IMG/VR virus record: IMGVR_UViG_3300033994_001010
Direction: 5' to 3' (one strand)
DNA: 35,076 nt
DNA from: an uncultured virus (IMG/VR IMGVR_UViG_3300033994_001010)
Lineage: Duplodnaviria; Heunggongvirae; Uroviricota; Caudoviricetes
Positions 9,875-18,411 of this stretch are shown in pieces. Made by a program: the position numbers and the translations under genes. The notes beneath the pieces were generated by a model. The model was given only the letters and a program-made list of their open reading frames with translations. It made no database searches and was not told the DNA's origin. Numbering within the stretch: position 1 is the stretch's first letter; the number at the start of each line of letters is the position of its first letter.

Positions 9875-10459
9875 ATGGGCTGGTTTAATCGTGACAAGGT
9901 GAACAGTATCACCCCGTATGCAAACAGTGGTCAACATAAGCCACGAGTTGGTGCAAAGCCAGACACCCACACGGTTCGTGACGATAGTGGCAACACCACA
10001 CAGGCAATGACCCAGCGCCGAGCAGACCGTGATGCTACATCTGCATCAGGACCACACTCTGGGTATGTCAACCCAAGTGGCGGCGATGCAATGGGTCCAA
10101 AAAAACCTAATATTAAAATTGGTGCTGAGTACACCACGTACCATGAGCCTTCATCCCCAGAAGGTAAAGCAATTCTTAAGGATAAGAAGAAGTCTGCAAA
10201 GGCTTTGAAAAAAGTAAACAGCCCTAAAGTAATGGCTGAGTCAAAAGCCGCAGGACAATCGTTTGATGTTGCTAAAGAACAAGAAACAAAGCGCATGAAG
10301 ACTAACGAATCAGTTGCTCGTAGTCAAACAGGCCCATTTGCCATTCAACCAGAAAGAAGTGAGAAGGCATACCTTGAAGGTGGTGCTAAAGGTGAACAAG
10401 CCTACCGTCAAAAGGAAAATAAAATGCGGGCTGACATGGATAAGGATATGCCTTACTAA
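9875..10459 (+). CDS. hypothetical low-complexity protein
   Basis: 194 aa, hydrophilic, GAGG RBS. Confidence 0.7.
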   Translation: MGWFNRDKVNSITPYANSGQHKPRVGAKPDTHTVRDDSGNTTQAMTQRRADRDATSASGPHSGYVNPSGGDAMGPKKPNIKIGAEYTTYHEPSSPEGKAILKDKKKSAKALKKVNSPKVMAESKAAGQSFDVAKEQETKRMKTNESVARSQTGPFAIQPERSEKAYLEGGAKGEQAYRQKENKMRADMDKDMPY

Positions 10460-10461
10460 TT

Positions 10462-10704
10462 ATGCGTAATCGACCAAACTCAGGACATGATGTCTATTCA
10501 ACACCAGTAAAGCGTGTTGCTCACCGCCCCATTGACCAAGCACACGTTCCTTCTGTGCCTGCAAAAATGAGTGACTATGTTCCAAATTCTCAGTATTTGG
10601 CAGATAGTTATTACGCAGATACCGATCCCGAATCGTTGGGTGGGTTGTATCGTAGTGCAGCAGCACGAGAACAGGCTATGCGCCAACCACGACCTACGAG
10701 GTAA
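10462..10704 (+). CDS. hypothetical protein, degenerate member of N-terminal motif family
   Basis: SGHDVYSTPVKRV has the same spacing as GGEDTRNHPRRRV. Confidence 0.65.
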   Translation: MRNRPNSGHDVYSTPVKRVAHRPIDQAHVPSVPAKMSDYVPNSQYLADSYYADTDPESLGGLYRSAAAREQAMRQPRPTR

Positions 10705-10706
10705 TC

Positions 10707-10982
10707 ATGTCTAAAGGTCAAAGAACAGAGCATAACCCAAATCGCAAAGTAAGTAGGGATGTATTTCAACCAAACCTACCTGCCCCACAAACCGCAACAG
10801 GTGGTAGTGGGAAGAAACCACCTAAAAAACCACGTACTACGTTTGGTAAATCAAATCCAGACCCATATGGTGGCTGGCATTCACAAACTAACCCAGATTA
10901 TTTCCTACAAGGGACCCCGCCCCAGTACAGAGAAAATCGTATTTCTGATCTTAATTGGGGAAACTACCCAAAGGATAAATAA
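10707..10982 (+). CDS. small protein with conserved N-terminal motif
   Basis: Starts MSKGQRTEHNPNRKVSR; GAGG RBS. Confidence 0.75.
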   Translation: MSKGQRTEHNPNRKVSRDVFQPNLPAPQTATGGSGKKPPKKPRTTFGKSNPDPYGGWHSQTNPDYFLQGTPPQYRENRISDLNWGNYPKDK

Positions 10983-11089
10983 TGGCTGCTAAAAAGAAAA
11001 AGACTGCTAAAAAGAAAGTTGCCCCTAAAAAGGATGCCCCTCGCCCAATCACTGCCGTTGCAGGTGCTGCTGGTGGGTTTATTACTAGC
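10982..11089 (+). CDS. 35-aa Lys-rich peptide
   Basis: TAATG-coupled ORF MAAKKKKTAKKKVAPKKDAPRPITAVAGAAGGFYY, not in the ORF track. Confidence 0.6.
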
Positions 11090-11103
11090 ACTGGAATTCT
11101 GTA

Positions 11104-11604
11104 ATGGCTGGGTCTTCACAGACCTCTTTTAACCATTGGCAAGGTCCATCTGAAGCCTCTGGTGGCGCTACACAGAACCAGTTTGGTCCTGCTCCTGTTT
11201 TTCGCAACAACAAGGATTATCAACTTGCTGGATACCGAACTATTTCAGACACTGAGTATCCAGACGGATACCTTGGAACAATGTCGTCTAACCGCCGACA
11301 AGACAAGATTCTTGGAACGCTTAGTCGGAGCAACGCTCGTCAATACTCACGTGGTGTTCACAAGGGTGAACGTATTAACCAAGGTGACTACATTTGGCCC
11401 GATGAATTCAACTTATGGACTGGTATTGCCCATGAATCCAAAGGGCGTAAATTTGCCCCACCAGGAGCAGTACCTGTACAATTGACAAATGACGGAAAAG
11501 TTGGTCCTAAAGGTATCCCTCGCACAATGGATCAACCTAACCAAGACTATATTTCTGCTGAACGCCGTGCCAAACTCCAATCGCTTCGCCCTTCTTGGAG
11601 ATAA
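11104..11604 (+). CDS. hypothetical phage protein
   Basis: 166 aa, contains YPDGYLGT and RGVHKGERI segments. Confidence 0.7.
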   Translation: MAGSSQTSFNHWQGPSEASGGATQNQFGPAPVFRNNKDYQLAGYRTISDTEYPDGYLGTMSSNRRQDKILGTLSRSNARQYSRGVHKGERINQGDYIWPDEFNLWTGIAHESKGRKFAPPGAVPVQLTNDGKVGPKGIPRTMDQPNQDYISAERRAKLQSLRPSWR

Positions 11605-11607
11605 GTA

Positions 11608-14136
11608 ATGGTTAAGAAGAAGAAGGACAACCCACTAGCAGGTCTTACACGTTTTAACGTTGATCCTAATCCTGTAACTTCTGCACAACTGTATTCCGAA
11701 AGACAATTAATTGACGATATGGATAGAGAATACCTTCGTGGTGGAAAAACCGAAGAAGACTGGGACCCGTTTTATAAACAATCTTTTGAACGGGCTAAAG
11801 AATCATTAGAAGGTATCAGATCAGGTAAACGGTCTGTGCTTGACAATGAGCAATCACCATATTCAAAAACTGGTCTTAACGATATTCTAGAAAAAGCATC
11901 GGTAAACCCAAGACCAGGTGGCGATAGCCCAGAAAGATGGCTTCCTCAAAACTTTAATTTTTCCTACGATTACGGCGGAGTAGTAGACGATTACAACAAT
12001 GAAGCCAAAAAAGTTGGTAAAGGTATTTATGATTCTCATAGTTGGGATTCTGGTAAATACCAAAATAAGGGTGGGAAATCAGGAAAGAAACCACAAACTC
12101 GAAAAGATTTGGAAGCAGCCGAACCTTGGCGTAAAACTGAAGATAATCCAAATATTCAAGAATCCCCTGAATACAATGAGTGGGTCAAACGCAAGTATGA
12201 TCAAGAAACAAAAGGAACAGCCCTACCAAGCGTTTCAGATATCTTTACCCCTGGATATAAGCCAAGAGAAGGGTTTAAATTAAGCCAATCTGTGGCTGAC
12301 ATGGGTTCAGAAAGTGGGTCAAAAAAACCATATTCAACAGCCATCCCACATGTTTCTCAAGAACAAATGGCAAAAGAAGCGTTGGCTTACATCAAGACTG
12401 TTTCTCCAGATGATACAAAAGGTATTGCAGAGACAGAAGCAACATTATCTAGAATTCAAAATCAGAAAACTAGCAATAGTGGAAAATCTAAAGATTCTGA
12501 TACAAAATCTAAAGAGGCTTCACAAAAGCATTACGAAGAATTTTGGGAAAAGCAGAAAACTGAAGACCCTGAAGCATATGCTGCCCATCAAAAAAGTTTA
12601 GGTAAAACTGGTAAAGTAGAAGAACCTGCATTACCCCAAGCATCGGAGAAGCCAGTGGCTAAGAAAAAGAAAAACGAACCAGAGTACATTCCTTCAAAGA
12701 GTGAGAAAGATTTTTCCGCAGGCCGAATGCCTGGTATTACTGGAACAGCAGAAGAAGCAGAAGCAGCACTTGCAAGGTCACGTAAAGCAAGCACTGCCAA
12801 GGTGACTGGTAAGGCTAAAGAAAAACTTCAAGGAGAGATTAAATCCCACCCTATGTATCGTGGGACTCGACAATTGTCTGATGAAGAAGTAGCCGCTAAT
12901 GAATCAACTGGCTCTATTCGTGCTTCTGAATCTGTAGCAGCGACTGCAAAAACACCTAAATCAAAGGGTAAAGGTAAGAAAAAAGACATGGTTCCACATC
13001 CAGACATTCCGGGTGCGATGACTGATGCTAATGCAGAGCCAATAGATGAAAAGCCGTATATAGATGATCCAGCAGAAACTCTTGCCGCTAATGCTAAGAC
13101 ACCTAAAATGGAAACAGTTCCACGTAGCGACTCCTCTGGAAACACTGTTGATGTTTCTCGTTTTGCTGGGCAACCGAAAAAGGAAGATGTTACTCCTGCT
13201 TCTGAGTCTGTAGCAGCAACTGCTGCACCTGACAAAAACAAGCCAGGTTATTACCGAGAAAAGTACGGTGAACTCCTTGATTCAATGACACCAGAAGAAA
13301 AAGCAATGAGCGAAGCAGGAATGGCTGCTGTTAGGGATAAAGAAGAAGCAGCACTGGATGCTGATGAGGCAGAACGTGCTGGTAAGTCAACCCCAAGTTC
13401 AATGCCTGCTCCAACGGGTACTGGTGTAGCAAGCCCTACTCCTACATGGGGTGCTCCAACGGGTACTGGTGTATCAAGCCCAACTGCAACCCCAGCAAGC
13501 CCAACTGCAACCCCAGCAAGCCCAACTGCAACCCCAGCAAGCCCAACTGCAACCCCAGCAAGCCCAACTGCAACCCCACCTGTTGGTAGTGGTGGTCCTC
13601 GATCAGCGCCACCAGCAACACCAAGGGTAAAAGGACCGGGACTTGGTTCACGTCTTGGTGGATTCTTTGGTGGACATGGTGGAAGAGGTGGCGGTAGAGC
13701 GCCATCAACTTCTGGTGGTACTTCAACACCATCAACGTCATCAGCCAATACAACGAATATTACTTACGGAGCACCTACTTTCGGTGATCAAACTAACTTG
13801 GGTCGTAATGACTTTGGTGGTGGTAGTGGTGGTTCAGGTGGTAGCGGTTCAATCAACATGAGTGCAAACTCCAACCAAGCAAACCAAGTTCAAGGACAAA
13901 ATGTCCGAATTGGTGGTTCGTATGGTGGAACTGTTGGTGGCCCAGTAGTCGCAAGCACTTCTGGTCGTGCAACATCGAATAACCCTCGTGCAACTGTGTT
14001 GTCAACTGGTGGTCCTGCTTCGCAGACACAAGGTCACCCACGAGCACAAAACGCAAAACGTGGTGGTCGCCCAACTTCAAACAATCAGACACCAACTGCA
14101 CCTAAAAGCAAAAATCCTCGCCAGCAGAAACCCTAA
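11608..14136 (+). CDS. 842-aa low-complexity, likely disordered protein
   Basis: K/E/S-rich first part, P/T/A repeats, G/S/N/Q-rich tail; no Cys. Confidence 0.8.
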   Translation: MVKKKKDNPLAGLTRFNVDPNPVTSAQLYSERQLIDDMDREYLRGGKTEEDWDPFYKQSFERAKESLEGIRSGKRSVLDNEQSPYSKTGLNDILEKASVNPRPGGDSPERWLPQNFNFSYDYGGVVDDYNNEAKKVGKGIYDSHSWDSGKYQNKGGKSGKKPQTRKDLEAAEPWRKTEDNPNIQESPEYNEWVKRKYDQETKGTALPSVSDIFTPGYKPREGFKLSQSVADMGSESGSKKPYSTAIPHVSQEQMAKEALAYIKTVSPDDTKGIAETEATLSRIQNQKTSNSGKSKDSDTKSKEASQKHYEEFWEKQKTEDPEAYAAHQKSLGKTGKVEEPALPQASEKPVAKKKKNEPEYIPSKSEKDFSAGRMPGITGTAEEAEAALARSRKASTAKVTGKAKEKLQGEIKSHPMYRGTRQLSDEEVAANESTGSIRASESVAATAKTPKSKGKGKKKDMVPHPDIPGAMTDANAEPIDEKPYIDDPAETLAANAKTPKMETVPRSDSSGNTVDVSRFAGQPKKEDVTPASESVAATAAPDKNKPGYYREKYGELLDSMTPEEKAMSEAGMAAVRDKEEAALDADEAERAGKSTPSSMPAPTGTGVASPTPTWGAPTGTGVSSPTATPASPTATPASPTATPASPTATPASPTATPPVGSGGPRSAPPATPRVKGPGLGSRLGGFFGGHGGRGGGRAPSTSGGTSTPSTSSANTTNITYGAPTFGDQTNLGRNDFGGGSGGSGGSGSINMSANSNQANQVQGQNVRIGGSYGGTVGGPVVASTSGRATSNNPRATVLSTGGPASQTQGHPRAQNAKRGGRPTSNNQTPTAPKSKNPRQQKP
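13474..13578 (+). repeat. 5 x 21-bp in-frame tandem repeat (GCAAGCCCAACTGCAACCCCA, encoding ASPTATP)
   Basis: Read directly; preceded by two copies of GCTCCAACGGGTACTGGTGTA at 13408 and 13453. Confidence 0.95.
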
Positions 14137-14423
14137 TGGCTGGGGGCGAAGATACTCGTAACCATCCTCGCCGTAGGGTAGGTCGTTATTATCATTATAA
14201 AGATGAACCAGCCGAGAGCAAGCGTGATATCTCTGAACCAACTACTCGTGGAGAAAGTTGGTCGATTGGTTATCGCCACGCTGCTGGTGACGCTGTTTAT
14301 AAAATGCCCCATGTAAATCTTGGAATGATTGCTTCATATGACAGGGAACATGAGGCAGCACGTCATGCTGATATGCTTAATACGCAACTAGATCGAATGT
14401 ATGGTGGAGAAAACAATGCCTAG
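14136..14423 (+). CDS. small protein with conserved N-terminal motif
   Basis: Starts MAGGEDTRNHPRRRVGR. Confidence 0.8.
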   Translation: MAGGEDTRNHPRRRVGRYYHYKDEPAESKRDISEPTTRGESWSIGYRHAAGDAVYKMPHVNLGMIASYDREHEAARHADMLNTQLDRMYGGENNA

Positions 14424-14586
14424 AGGTGAAGATACCCGACATCATCAAGGTAGAAAAGTTGGTCGTACTGAATTATCAGGTACTGCTGAATCTATGTTTG
14501 GGGCTATGGATACGCTCAAGGCTCAACTAACTGCACAAGGTCGATATGTACCTGAAGATGAATCTGAGGAGAACGACAATGCCTAA
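14416..14586 (+). CDS. small protein with conserved N-terminal motif
   Basis: Start moved to ATG 14416 (GGAG RBS); MPRGEDTRHHQGRKVGR. Confidence 0.8.
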   Translation: MPRGEDTRHHQGRKVGRTELSGTAESMFGAMDTLKAQLTAQGRYVPEDESEENDNA

Positions 14587-14887
14587 AGGTGAAGACACCC
14601 GACATCATGGTGCTCGCATTGTAAGTCTTGATGCACATCGTGCTAAGAAGGCAAAGCCTTCAATGATGTCTCGCATTAAAGATGCAATGATTGGTGGACC
14701 AGGAAACCCTGACTTGGATGACCCAAACACACCTGAGTACACAGGTCAAGAAGCACGACTTTCTGACATTGCCCCTCGCAACCTCATTGATAAGGCTAAA
14801 GGCGGTACTGGAAGAGTAGAAAAGAAACCGCTATTCTCATGGGATGAAAACAACAACCCATCATTTAGAGGAAAGCCAATCAAGTAA
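14579..14887 (+). CDS. small protein with conserved N-terminal motif
   Basis: Start moved to ATG 14579 (GAGGAG RBS); MPKGEDTRHHGARIVS. Confidence 0.8.
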   Translation: MPKGEDTRHHGARIVSLDAHRAKKAKPSMMSRIKDAMIGGPGNPDLDDPNTPEYTGQEARLSDIAPRNLIDKAKGGTGRVEKKPLFSWDENNNPSFRGKPIK

Positions 14888-15081
14888 TGCCTAGAGGACA
14901 AGACACTCGTCATCATATGGGTCGCCGTGTTGGTCGTGATGTTATGGACATGCATAATGAGATGCGAGAGAAGCAGATGGAACAAGAAGATCGTGATGCT
15001 TACGAAGCACAAGAAGATGCTCGTGGTAATGACGGTCTAACCTCCGATTCTGGGTTTAGCGAAAGAGAAATGAGAGACTAA
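14887..15081 (+). CDS. small protein with conserved N-terminal motif
   Basis: TAATG-coupled; MPRGQDTRHHMGRRVGR. Confidence 0.8.
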   Translation: MPRGQDTRHHMGRRVGRDVMDMHNEMREKQMEQEDRDAYEAQEDARGNDGLTSDSGFSEREMRD

Positions 15082-15353
15082 TGGCAAACGGAGAACGTAC
15101 AGAACACCATTCTAACCGCAGAGTTGATCGTGCCGGATGCCGTGCTAGATCCTTAGAGGACTCAGGGTCTTCAGGTTTGTATGACTATAGAGACAAGTTT
15201 AATTCTGCACTTTCTAAAAATATGGCTGGTGATTCCAGTGATTATGAAGCACACCTTAAATCAGAAGGTTTCCTAACTCCTAGTGGAAAAGTTACTGGAG
15301 CAGGTCGCACAAATCCTATGGCTAGAACTAAGTTGAATTGGGACACTGAATAA
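15081..15353 (+). CDS. small protein with conserved N-terminal motif
   Basis: TAATG-coupled; MANGERTEHHSNRRVDR. Confidence 0.8.
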   Translation: MANGERTEHHSNRRVDRAGCRARSLEDSGSSGLYDYRDKFNSALSKNMAGDSSDYEAHLKSEGFLTPSGKVTGAGRTNPMARTKLNWDTE

Positions 15354-15673
15354 TGCCTGTAGATAACCAACGTACAACTAGACCTTGGCAATCTCGTGAG
15401 GAGATGCTTACTGATGTTGCCTTGCAATCTGCTATTTCTGACCCAGAAACTATTCGTGCCACTAAACCAATTGTTCCTCAACAGGTAAACCCTGAAAGGC
15501 GTGGTTTTATCAAGCAAGAACTTGGGATTATGGACATTTTGTCTGTGGATCGTTATGCCCCAACTTATCGTTCATGGGTTTCTGGTGCTCCTGTAATGTT
15601 CCAAAGAGCACAAATGAATGACGATGAATTCAGTGGTTCTGGTCGTTATTCAATGCAAAGTCTTTGGGTATAA
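15353..15673 (+). CDS. hypothetical protein
   Basis: TAATG-coupled 106-aa ORF. Confidence 0.7.
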   Translation: MPVDNQRTTRPWQSREEMLTDVALQSAISDPETIRATKPIVPQQVNPERRGFIKQELGIMDILSVDRYAPTYRSWVSGAPVMFQRAQMNDDEFSGSGRYSMQSLWV

Positions 15674-15679
15674 TAGAGT

Positions 15680-16573
15680 ATGGCTACTCCTAACCAATAC
15701 GGTGCTCAACCAACTGGTGCGCCCCCAGCAACTGTGGGTTCTTTTAAAACTGGTCCATCTGTAAGCCCAAATCCTATGCAGGGTGTAAACGCAGGTACGA
15801 GTCGTAACTGGAGTCCAACAAGTGAACCACCGTCTGGTGGCATGATGGGCAACATTATGCGTGACTGGATGTTTAGCCCAGCAAATCCTGGAAACATGTA
15901 TTATTCACGCCGTGGTCAACGTGGTGGTGGTGGTGGTCGAGGTAGACGCAGAGGTGGTGCTGGGGGTGGCGGTAGCACTCAAGATGAGTCCACCGTTAAC
16001 AACACTGGGAATTGGAACATTAATTTCGAAGGGCCAAAGTTTGGTGATCAAACTAATTTAGGTCGTGGTGATTTTGGTGGAATGATGCCCGGTGGACAGG
16101 CGCAACAAGCCACTCAGCAAGGAGCAGCACCTACACAAGGTCAGCCTCCTGCACGTAATCGCCCACAACTAACCCCAGAACAAAAACAGCGTAATGCTGA
16201 GACTGCTCGTGCTCGCCGTGCTCTTGCTTCAGACATCAAGAAGCAAGGAACACCAGAACAACAAAAACGCATTGCAGAACAAGGTGTTGCTGGTGGTAAG
16301 GTTCGCCAACCACGACAACCTAAAGCAACAACAGCGCCTGCAACATCTCAGCAAACGACTGGTTCAACTTTTTCAAATGTTAGTGCAAACTCAATCCAAG
16401 CCAACCAAGTATCTGCTGGGTCAATGAATGTTGGTGCTGGTGCTACTGGTGGTCCACAAGCCGCTGGAGCGCCATTTATAGATCTCGGAAGCGTAAGCGG
16501 TGGGTCTGCATCATCACCAAGCAGTGGTGCAAAAGCACAGGGTGGTACTATTGGTGGAGTAAAGATCAATTAA
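15680..16573 (+). CDS. G/Q/A-rich low-complexity protein sharing two motifs with 11608..14136
   Basis: Contains FGDQTNLGRGDFGG and SANSIQANQV, plus an RGG-rich tract. Confidence 0.8.
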   Translation: MATPNQYGAQPTGAPPATVGSFKTGPSVSPNPMQGVNAGTSRNWSPTSEPPSGGMMGNIMRDWMFSPANPGNMYYSRRGQRGGGGGRGRRRGGAGGGGSTQDESTVNNTGNWNINFEGPKFGDQTNLGRGDFGGMMPGGQAQQATQQGAAPTQGQPPARNRPQLTPEQKQRNAETARARRALASDIKKQGTPEQQKRIAEQGVAGGKVRQPRQPKATTAPATSQQTTGSTFSNVSANSIQANQVSAGSMNVGAGATGGPQAAGAPFIDLGSVSGGSASSPSSGAKAQGGTIGGVKIN

Positions 16574-16599
16574 TTTCCTTTAATGAATAGGATATAGAA

Positions 16600-16803
16600 A
16601 TGGCACAAAATACATCACGCTCACAGAACCAAGACCTTCGTAAAGGGATCATGGATGGCGTATTTAAGAGTTTGACCCCAAGCCGTGGCGGTGAGGTTGA
16701 AGAAGAGTTTGTCGCCAAGCGAAGCATGGTTTTGCAATCGCAATATGGCATTACCCCACCAAGCCCGATGGCTGAAATAAATGAACCAGTAATTAACCTG
16801 TAA
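16600..16803 (+). CDS. hypothetical protein
   Basis: 67 aa, AGGA RBS. Confidence 0.7.
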   Translation: MAQNTSRSQNQDLRKGIMDGVFKSLTPSRGGEVEEEFVAKRSMVLQSQYGITPPSPMAEINEPVINL

Positions 16804-16813
16804 AGGTTGTAAT

Positions 16814-16981
16814 GTGGGCGATATTGTCGATATGGCGGAGTTCCGCAAAAAGAAAGCCCAGCGTCAGTTAAGTCAACGTCAGTTTCACCCAGCCTTCAGC
16901 AGTATGTTTGACGAGGCAGGGTCAGATATTGATGCTAAACTGCGGGAATTGGGCTTAGACCCTAACGATTACAAGGAGTAA
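16814..16981 (+). CDS. 55-aa hypothetical protein
   Basis: GTG-start ORF MGDIVDMAEFRKKKAQRQ...DPNDYKE fills the gap; AAAGG RBS. Confidence 0.6.
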   Translation: MGDIVDMAEFRKKKAQRQLSQRQFHPAFSSMFDEAGSDIDAKLRELGLDPNDYKE

Positions 16982-16983
16982 TT

Positions 16984-17148
16984 ATGGCTTCTAAAAAAGA
17001 CGTTTGGGATAAACCAAATCCTAAAAAGAAATCATCAAAGTTAAGTCCTGAGCAAAAGTCAGAAGCAAAGGCTCGTGCCAAGGCTGCTGGTCGCCCATAC
17101 CCAAACCTTGTGGACAATATGGCTGTGTCTAAAAAAGGTAAGAAGTAA
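16984..17148 (+). CDS. 54-aa basic phage protein
   Basis: MASKKDVWDKPNP...AKARAKAAGRPYPNLVDN; AAGGAG RBS; coupled to the next gene. Confidence 0.7.
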   Translation: MASKKDVWDKPNPKKKSSKLSPEQKSEAKARAKAAGRPYPNLVDNMAVSKKGKK

Positions 17149-17429
17149 TGGCAACTAAGAAATCAGAAGCGTGGCAACGCAAAGAGGGTAAAAACGAAAA
17201 AGGTGGACTTAACGAAAAAGGTCGTAAGTCTTACGAAAGAGCAAACCCTGGTTCAGATCTTAAACCCCCAGTTAAAAAAGAACAGGCTGCTAAGTCTAAG
17301 AAGTCTGCGGCTCGCCGTGATTCTTTTTGCGCCCGTATGGAAGGGATGAAGAAGAAAAACACTTCATCTAAAACCGCTAATGACCCAGACAGCAGGATTA
17401 ACAAGTCACTAAGGGCTTGGGACTGCTAG
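17148..17429 (+). CDS. basic phage protein, DUF6321-like
   Basis: GGLNEKGRKSY...RRDSFCARM...DPDSRINKSLRAWDC; family recalled from memory. Confidence 0.7.
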   Translation: MATKKSEAWQRKEGKNEKGGLNEKGRKSYERANPGSDLKPPVKKEQAAKSKKSAARRDSFCARMEGMKKKNTSSKTANDPDSRINKSLRAWDC

Positions 17430-17467
17430 GCTACAGCAAATAACAAGTTCATAGAAAGTAGTACAAC

Positions 17468-17926
17468 ATGCCAAGACTTCTAGTTTGCAATTCCTGTGGA
17501 ACAATGCACAAAATGCGTGATTATGACGGTAACGCTGACAATGACATGGAGTTGCAGGAAATCATTAAGATGCACCTTGCTCGTGCTCAAAATCCTGCCC
17601 CTGAAGCACACATGTCTCAAATCTTCCGTTGTGACCAAGCCACCTATGATGCCCTTGATGGGGAAACAGGGATTAAGAAAGAATTGATGAAGAATGAGAT
17701 TGAGGTTCGTGAAGTTCGTGATGACCTCAAAGTAGAAGCCCTCAAATGTTTTCAACGACATGGTGCGCCTAAAGGTAGTTGTATTGACTGGGAAGATGAG
17801 TCAAAAACTATTGGGCGTAAAACTGGTGTTCCAAAAGAACAGTGGCAGTATCTTTGCCATTTCTGCCCAGTTGGTTCAGGCTATGTAGCAACCAAAGAAC
17901 GTAAAGCGATGGGCATGTACGACTGA
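17468..17926 (+). CDS. hypothetical Cys/His-rich (Zn-binding) protein
   Basis: CNSC..., CFQRH...C, CHFC. Confidence 0.7.
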   Translation: MPRLLVCNSCGTMHKMRDYDGNADNDMELQEIIKMHLARAQNPAPEAHMSQIFRCDQATYDALDGETGIKKELMKNEIEVREVRDDLKVEALKCFQRHGAPKGSCIDWEDESKTIGRKTGVPKEQWQYLCHFCPVGSGYVATKERKAMGMYD

Positions 17927-18411
17927 TGCTTGTTATTACATTTGACGTTTTGGCGTACGCAAATACAGAAAAGTCAATGTCCCCCGGAGCACGGCAACCT
18001 ATTCCTGACGGTCAAAAACTTTACGAGGCACTTTACGCAAGGTATAACGGCAGAGTAATTCTTCTTGGAAATACTGACTGCTCTGCGGAATTGTTGTCCG
18101 AATGGGCAAAACGTGAAGGGTATAAACACTCCAGTGTAGAAATCACCAAAGGTAATAAACCAGAGGATTTCCGTGACAGGGTTCGTGACCTAAATGCCGT
18201 GTACGGAAAAATTGATTGGTTTGTGGACACTAACCCAGAATCTGTAACTCTTGTTATGCAAGATGCCATACCTTGTTTACTTATGTGTTTACCTAACTTT
18301 GTTCGCCCAGAATGGCGTGAAGATAAACCCAAGGAACGAAAAGTGTGGACAGATCTAACTCGTGAACTTGAGGTACAGTCTTTGTACCGATCTGTAAAGG
18401 ACACTCAGTGA
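17926..18411 (+). CDS. HAD-fold-like protein, degenerate
   Basis: LVITFDVL...QPIPDG...RVILL...WFVDTNP layout resembles HAD/PNK phosphatase domains but has no DxD. Confidence 0.5.
   Translation: MLVITFDVLAYANTEKSMSPGARQPIPDGQKLYEALYARYNGRVILLGNTDCSAELLSEWAKREGYKHSSVEITKGNKPEDFRDRVRDLNAVYGKIDWFVDTNPESVTLVMQDAIPCLLMCLPNFVRPEWREDKPKERKVWTDLTRELEVQSLYRSVKDTQ

Noticed and set aside
13474..13578. Possible CRISPR array
   Set aside because: Repeats are head-to-tail with no spacers and lie in frame within a CDS.
14136..15353. Definite RiPP precursor cluster
   Set aside because: No recognisable modifying enzyme, peptidase or exporter is in the window, and the cargo lacks Cys/Ser core patterns. Kept only as an alternative hypothesis.
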